From Eledone cirrhosa (taxonomy: Eukaryota), in NCBI GenBank assembly GCA_964016885.1, contig CAXHJY010000238.1:61787-125786 (forward strand): 64,000 bases of DNA, given 5' to 3'. Under the pieces are notes generated by a model. It made no database searches and was not told the origin of the DNA. It worked only from the letters and a program-made list of their open reading frames with translations. A program made the position numbers and the translations under genes. Shown here in pieces: positions 57,381 through 64,000 of this stretch (position 1 is the stretch's first letter; each line of letters opens with the position of its first letter).

Positions 57381-57659
57381 CATATTGGGGGTAACCATAG
57401 TTCAAAAAGGTACTCAATATATTGGTAGAGTATAGGCATCTTTACTATACGTGTATTTAAAAAATAAAAATAAAAAATATATTCCTCGTGGAATTCCTGC
57501 CATTATTTTAGGAATTGAAAAAGTTGTTTCGTATCTTTTAAATAAGGTGGTATCCCAGCATGGCCACAGTCTGATTGAAATCAGTAATATAATAGAATAT
57601 TATGTGGAACCACATTATTTAAAAGACAAAATAACTTCTATTCCATTCTTGTAAGAATG

Positions 57660-58050
57660 GTTTCTTCTATAAACACAAGTCCAGCAATTTGACGGGAGGG
57701 GAAAAGTCGATTAAATCGACCAAAGTGCATTACTGGTACTTTATTTTATCGACTCCATAAAGATGAAAGACAAAGCTAACCTCGGCGGGATCAGAACTCA
57801 GAATGCAAAGGGCTGTAACTCTATGTCATGAAGCAGGGTGTTCGGCGTTCTACCGACAATAATTGTTTCTACTTTTGGCACAAGGCCAGTAATTACTCCA
57901 GTGCATTACTGGTGCTTTATTTTATCGACCCCGTGAGGATGAAAGGCAAAGTTTACCTCGGCAGGATTTGAACTCAGACCGTAAAGGGGCGTAACTCTGT
58001 GCTGCAAAGCATGGCGTCCGACCCTCTACCAATACTGCCAACCCACCAAT
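57660..58050 (-). mobile_element. Tandem pair of tRNA-derived SINEs
   Basis: Same two-unit organisation and linker as 6795-7135. Confidence 0.75.
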
Positions 58051-58497
58051 GGCAGGAATTTCTTACACACACACAGAAATGACTTGTAGAAGACTAGAAC
58101 TGTTTCAGTCGTATGAAATAATTATGCTTTCAACTGGGTAGAATCTGATAAATATTTTTGCGACTCCAATTCAAGCGAAATAATTTGGTAAGGAAGAACA
58201 GTTTTTCTGTATTAAGTTAGCATATATAAATGGCTTGGTCACATCAACGATATATATGTCTGGTCTTATAGCCAGTGTGTGTGGCTGTGTTTGTCTATGT
58301 ATGTGTGGCTGTCATTTAGCTGAATAGAACATCGTTAGCTTTGATAGAGTATGTGTTATTTAAATATATATTACAGATCAATGTGTATCTATTCTTCCTC
58401 AGTATATATATATATATATATATAAATTCTGCGAGAATCACATTTCGGCGGGTAGAAAAAGCGAAACGAAACGCAAAATATATATATATATATATAT

Positions 58498-58703
58498 ATA
58501 GGAACGAGTAGGACCCCGACGACTGAGCTCAAGCCGTTTCGACGGCTAATTCTGGACTAAATTTAGTCCAGAATTAGCCGTCGAAACGGCTTGAGCTCAG
58601 CCGTCGGGGTCCTACTCGTTCCTATGACCCACTATTGAGTACTGAGTACTTTGAGTACTTTGGTGCGTTATGGTCCACCTGGTTCCTTACCACATTTCCT
58701 TCG

Positions 58704-58706
<3 letters not shown>
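58498..58706 (+). mobile_element. Loopless 128-bp palindrome plus unique tail, probable Penelope-like fold-back
   Basis: 58498-58625 is self-complementary about ctaaa|tttag with one mismatch. Contains cgaaacggc. Tail has gagtact x3. (TA)n on both sides. Confidence 0.55.
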
Positions 58707-58784
<78 letters not shown>

Positions 58785-59344
58785 TAATCTGTGTGTATTT
58801 GGTTATTCTTCCTTACAATTGGTTGTGCTAGATATGTTTTCTACATTGAAGTATGTGTTAATATCAAACATTACCAACCCTCGTGTAGTTTAATGTGTAT
58901 ATAATGTTGGGCGATAGTTAGGCATGTATAAATGCTTATATCAATATATTTTCTGTGTACTATATACGTCTATAATTCGCGTGTTAGTGAGAAAGAATCG
59001 GTGTATTATAGTAATATACAATAATCTCCCTCTCTCTGTGTATGTATATATATATATGTATATGTAGAGAGATAGTGCGTGTGTGTAATATATATACATA
59101 TCATCATCATCCTCGTTTAACGTCCACTTTCCACGCTAGCATATATATACGTATATTTGTATTATACATCACACTCTCTCTCATATATATAGATAGATAC
59201 ATAGAGTGTAATAAATATATATATATAATATGTGTGTGTGTGCATTCTCCCGTTTCCTCCTCCTCTTGCCATGGCTGACGCCGAGATGTCGGCCGCCCGA
59301 CGATAGCTGCTGTTCTCCTCTATTATCGAGACTCTCTCTCCCTC

Positions 59345-59416
59345 TGATGTCACTGTATTTATTTATTTTTATATATATATATATATATAAAAATAAATAA
59401 ATACAGTGACATCAGT
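59345..59416. repeat. Hairpin centred on (TA)n
   Basis: ctgatgtcactgtatttatttatttt (ta)n aaaataaataaatacagtgacatcag. Confidence 0.8.
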
Positions 59417-59774
59417 ATATATATATATATACAAAGTGTGTAAAGGTATCTTATAAATGTGTTAATAAACTACACAGAACCAGTGATACACATTAACACT
59501 CACACGACACTATATACACATTAACAGTTATTTGTGGATGATCGTATTTGTATACACACATACATATATATTCTCTACAGACAACCTATATATGTATGAT
59601 AAATTCATTTAAAATTAACTTCACTCCGGCTTCAGGAAATTCCCAAACAAACATACATAGACGTGTGTTGTTGTTTTTTATGCATATATATATATAATCA
59701 GTTATTTAATTTGTTGATTATTCAACAGTTTTCTTCTCTTATAAAGATAGCTTCCATTTATTAATATTATTGAT

Positions 59775-59966
59775 ATGGCGGTGGATTGGCAGTATCGGTA
59801 GAGGTTCGGACGCCATGCTTTGACGCATAGAGTTACGGCCCTTGCCATTCTGAGTTCAAATCCCGCCGAGGTTAACTTTGCCTTTCATCCTTACGGGGTC
59901 GATAAAGTAAAGTACCAGTAATGTACTGGGTAATTTTCTGGCCTTGTGCCAATAGTAGAAACAATT
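59775..59966 (+). mobile_element. tRNA-derived SINE monomer
   Basis: A-box-like tggcagtatcgg, B box gagttcaaatcc, core aactttgcctttcatccttacggggtcgataaa, tail ctggccttgtgcc. Confidence 0.78.
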
Positions 59967-60042
59967 AATATTATTGATATATACTGTATATATATATATA
60001 TGTGTATATATAAGATCAAAAGATGGTTAAAAGAGTTCCATG

Positions 60043-60113
60043 TATTTTATTATGCGCATTTCAAAAACAAATATCATCATGCAATAACATTTGTGTTTTC
60101 ATCAGATAAAATA
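60043..60113 (-). ncRNA. Minimal hammerhead ribozyme (inverted copy)
   Basis: Reverse complement of 60232-60302. Confidence 0.65.
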
Positions 60114-60231
60114 GGAAGACATGATATAAAGGTTAAAAAAACACTTGTGAATAGTGCAGTTTAAATCAAATTATGTTGATTTAAAACTGCACTATTCACA
60201 AATGTTTTTTAACCTTCATATCATGTCTTCT

Positions 60232-60302
60232 TATTTTATCTGATGAAAACACAAATGTTATTGCATGATGATATTTGTTTTTGAAATGCGCATAATAAAA
60301 TA
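60232..60302 (+). ncRNA. Minimal type I hammerhead ribozyme
   Basis: Stem I tattttat/ataaaata, CUGAUGA, long stem II acaaatgttatt/gatgatatttgt, GAAA, palindromic stem III ATGCGCAT, cleavage triplet AUA at 60292-60294. Confidence 0.72.
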
Positions 60303-60454
60303 CATGGAACTCATTTAACCCATTTTTTGATCTTATATATTATGTATACTCCAGTCCTACAAACTGTAGAGTGCTTGTTATCCGATATCTGCATTGCTTT
60401 ATTGTACTACAATAAAACTCACCTCCTACATATATGTATATATATATATGTATA

Positions 60455-60618
60455 TCATCATCATTTTACGTCCGCTTTTCCCTGCTTGCAAGGGTGGGAC
60501 GGGAACTGATTCTGGCTGATTTCTACAGCTGGATGCCCTTCCTAACACCAACCTCATTTACAGTGAGTGCTGGGTGCTTTTTTTGCCGTGGGACCTCCAC
60601 AACCATTTTGCAGTGGAA
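60455..60618 (-). mobile_element. RTE 3' end fragments
   Basis: ttttacgtccgcttttccctgcttgcaaggg joined to ttctacagctggatgcccttcctaacaccaacc. Confidence 0.75.
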
Positions 60619-60630
60619 TGATATGGATCT

Positions 60631-60751
60631 CATTTCTACAGCTGAGTAAACTGGTGCAATGTGAAATAAACTCACATCACCCGGTCTGAGAATTGAACTC
60701 ACAACCTTTTGATTGCAAGGCCAGTGCTCTAACCACTAAGCCATGTGCCTC
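60631..60751 (-). mobile_element. tRNA-derived SINE head (second family)
   Basis: Minus strand gaggcacatggcttagtggttagagcactgg...gtgagttcaattctc has A and B boxes. Confidence 0.7.
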
Positions 60752-60869
60752 ATATGTATATATATATATATGTATGTGTATGTATATATATGTATGTGTA
60801 TGTATATATATATATATATATGTATGTGTATGTGTATATATAGATGTATATATATATATGTATGTATAT

Positions 60870-61392
60870 GAGAACGAATGGGAGAGAGAAATTACCCTCA
60901 GTAGATCCGACAGAGGGACCAGCTATTGAGATTGACCAATATAGAGTTCAAGAGGTGATTAAGGAAATGAAAAATGGTAAGGCTGCTGGACCATTGAGGA
61001 TAGTTGCTGAGATGCTGAAGGCATCAGGGGACGTAGGCACTAAACTGGTTGCGCGCGTCATCAATCAGGCTATATATGGTGGTGTCATACCCAAAGACTG
61101 GTGCAGCAGTTTTCTCATAAATTGCCAGAAAGGTAAAGGGGATGCTTTGGAGAGGAGCAATTATAATGGTATAAAACTGATGGATCAGGTTAAGAGAGTG
61201 GTAGAAAGGATATTAGCACAACTAATTAGAGAAAGGGTCAAACTAGATGAGATGCAGTTTGGTTTTGTGCCTGGGAAGATTACAACAGATGCCCTCTTCT
61301 TGGTGAGACAATTACAAGAGATAGGGTACCCCGATCTGTCATCTGGTGGTCCCGTCCCACCCTTGCAAGCAGGGAAAAGCAGACGTAAAATG
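60870..61392 (+). mobile_element. Internally deleted RTE fragment (RT N-terminus joined to a 3' end)
   Basis: [38 protein letters not shown] followed directly by ccttgcaagcagggaaaagcagacgtaaaatg. Confidence 0.82.
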
Positions 61393-61514
61393 TATATATG
61401 TGTAGGTATATATATATATATGTGTATGTATGTATATATGTGTATGTATATATATATATGTATGTATGTATGTATATATGTGTATATATATATATGTATG
61501 TATGTATGGATATG

Positions 61515-61553
<39 letters not shown>

Positions 61554-61718
61554 GTATGTATATATGTATGTATGTGTATATGTATGTATGTATGTATGTA
61601 TATATGTATGTATGTGTATATATATATGTATGTATATATATATATGTATGTATATATATATATATGTATGTATATATATATGTATGTATATATATATGTA
61701 TGTATATATGTATGTATG

Positions 61719-61758
<40 letters not shown>

Positions 61759-61780
61759 TGTATGTATATATATATGTATG

Positions 61781-61820
<40 letters not shown>

Positions 61821-61854
61821 TGTATGTATATATATATGTATGTATATATATATG

Positions 61855-61888
<34 letters not shown>

Positions 61889-61984
61889 TGTATGTATGTA
61901 TGTATGTATGTATGTATGTATGTATGTATGTATGTATGTATGTATGTATGTATATATGTATGTATGTATATATATATGTATGTA

Positions 61985-62017
<33 letters not shown>

Positions 62018-62432
62018 ATATGTATGTATGTATGTATATATGTATGTATGTATGTATATATATATGTATGTATGTATGTATATGTATATATATATATGTA
62101 TGTATATGTATATATATATGTATGTATATGTATATATATATATGTATGTATATGTATATATATATGTATGTATATGTATATATATATGTATGTATATGTA
62201 TATATATATGTATGTATGTGTATATATATATGTATGTATGTGTATATATATATGTATGTATGTGTATATATATATGTATGTATGTGTATATATATATGTA
62301 TGTATGTATATGTATATATATATGTATATATATATGTATATATATATGTATGTATATATATATATGTATGTATATGTATATATATATGTATATATATATG
62401 TATGTATATATATATATGTATGTATGTATATG

Positions 62433-62463
<31 letters not shown>

Positions 62464-62512
62464 ATATATATATATGTATGTATGTATATATATATATATG
62501 TATGTATATATG

Positions 62513-62547
<35 letters not shown>

Positions 62548-63080
62548 GTATGTATATATGTATATATATATATATGTATGTATATATGTATGTATATATA
62601 AATATATATGTATATATGTATATATATGTATATATATATGTATATATATGTATATATATGTATATATGTATATATATGTATATATATATATATATGTATA
62701 TATATATGTATATATATATGTATATATGTATGTATATATAAATATATGTATATATGTATATATATGTATATATGTATATATATGTATATATGTATATATA
62801 TGTATATATGTATATATATGTATATATAATATATATATGTATATATATATGTAATATATGTATATATATATGTATATATATATGTATATATTATGTATAT
62901 ATATATGTATAATATATGTATATATATATGTATATATATATGTATATATATATGTATATATATATGTATAAATATATATATGTATATATATATGTATATA
63001 TATATGTATATATATGTATTATATATATATGTATATATATATGTATATATATATATGTATATATATATGTAATATATATG

Positions 63081-63127
<47 letters not shown>

Positions 63128-63142
63128 GTATATATATATATG

Positions 63143-63174
<32 letters not shown>

Positions 63175-63257
63175 TATATGTATATGTATATATATGTATG
63201 TATATATATGTATGATATATATATGTATGTATATATATATATGTATATATATATATG

Positions 63258-63341
<84 letters not shown>

Positions 63342-64000
63342 TGTATATATATATGTATATATATGTATATATATGTATATATATATATGTATATGTATAG
63401 TATATATATATATATGTATGTATATATATATATATGTATATATATGTTGTATATATATATATATGTATAATATGTATGTATATAATATGTATATATGTAT
63501 ATATAATATGTATATATATATGTATATATGTATATATGTATATATATATATGTATATATATGTATGTATATATATATATGTATATGTATATGTATATATA
63601 TATATGTATATATATGTATTGTATATATATATATGTATATATATGTATGTATATATATATATATGTATATATATATATGTATATATATATATGTATATAT
63701 ATATATGTATATATATATATGTATATATATGTATATATATATGTATATATATATATGTATATATATATATGTATATATGTATATATGTATATATATATAT
63801 GTATATATATATATGTATATATATATATGTATATATATATATGTATATATATATATGTATATATATATGTATATATGTATATATATATATGTATATATAT
63901 ATATGTATATATATATATGTATATATTATATATGTATATATATATATGTATATATATGTATATATATGTATATATGTGTATATATATATAGTATATGTAT
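61393..64000 (+). repeat. (TATG/TA)n compound microsatellite to the window edge
   Basis: Direct inspection. Confidence 0.97.

Larger units (their letters stand above)
60006..60430 (+). mobile_element. Penelope-like fold-back terminal repeat with hammerheads
   Basis: ~165-bp inverted arms (60006-60169 and 60176-60340) around a 6-nt spacer, then a unique tail shared with 18613-18760. Confidence 0.72.

Noticed and set aside
59775-59870. tRNA gene
   Set aside because: A and B boxes are present but there is no cloverleaf, and it continues into a SINE core and tail.

Overview
AT-rich, essentially gene-free eukaryotic (animal) DNA. The repeat families and microsatellite load resemble a coleoid cephalopod such as Octopus (inference, not verified). 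No host gene can be called with confidence. The window holds non-LTR retroelements embedded in simple repeats: (1) RTE-type LINEs with a PHD-like C4HC3 finger inside the RT domain, including one uninterrupted EN-RT ORF at 14.4-17.5 kb plus many decayed copies; (2) a near-complete RTE with three C-terminal C2H2 fingers at 31.6-36.2 kb; (3) seven co-oriented copies of a ~600-bp non-autonomous bipartite relative of that RTE; (4) two near-identical 5'-truncated CR1-group LINEs; (5) two R4/Dong-like RLE elements; (6) an L1/Tx1-like 3' end; (7) tRNA-derived SINEs; (8) five fold-back Penelope-like terminal-repeat remnants, some with minimal hammerhead ribozyme folds. The main structure is a strand-polarised ~29-kb (TATG/TA)n field (26.5-55.4 kb) punctuated by retroelements whose 3' ends run directly into ATGT repeats. 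This suggests a self-seeding system in which elements both target and extend the microsatellite (hypothesis). The long Y/I/M/V/C-rich ORFs in the track are translation artefacts of microsatellites.
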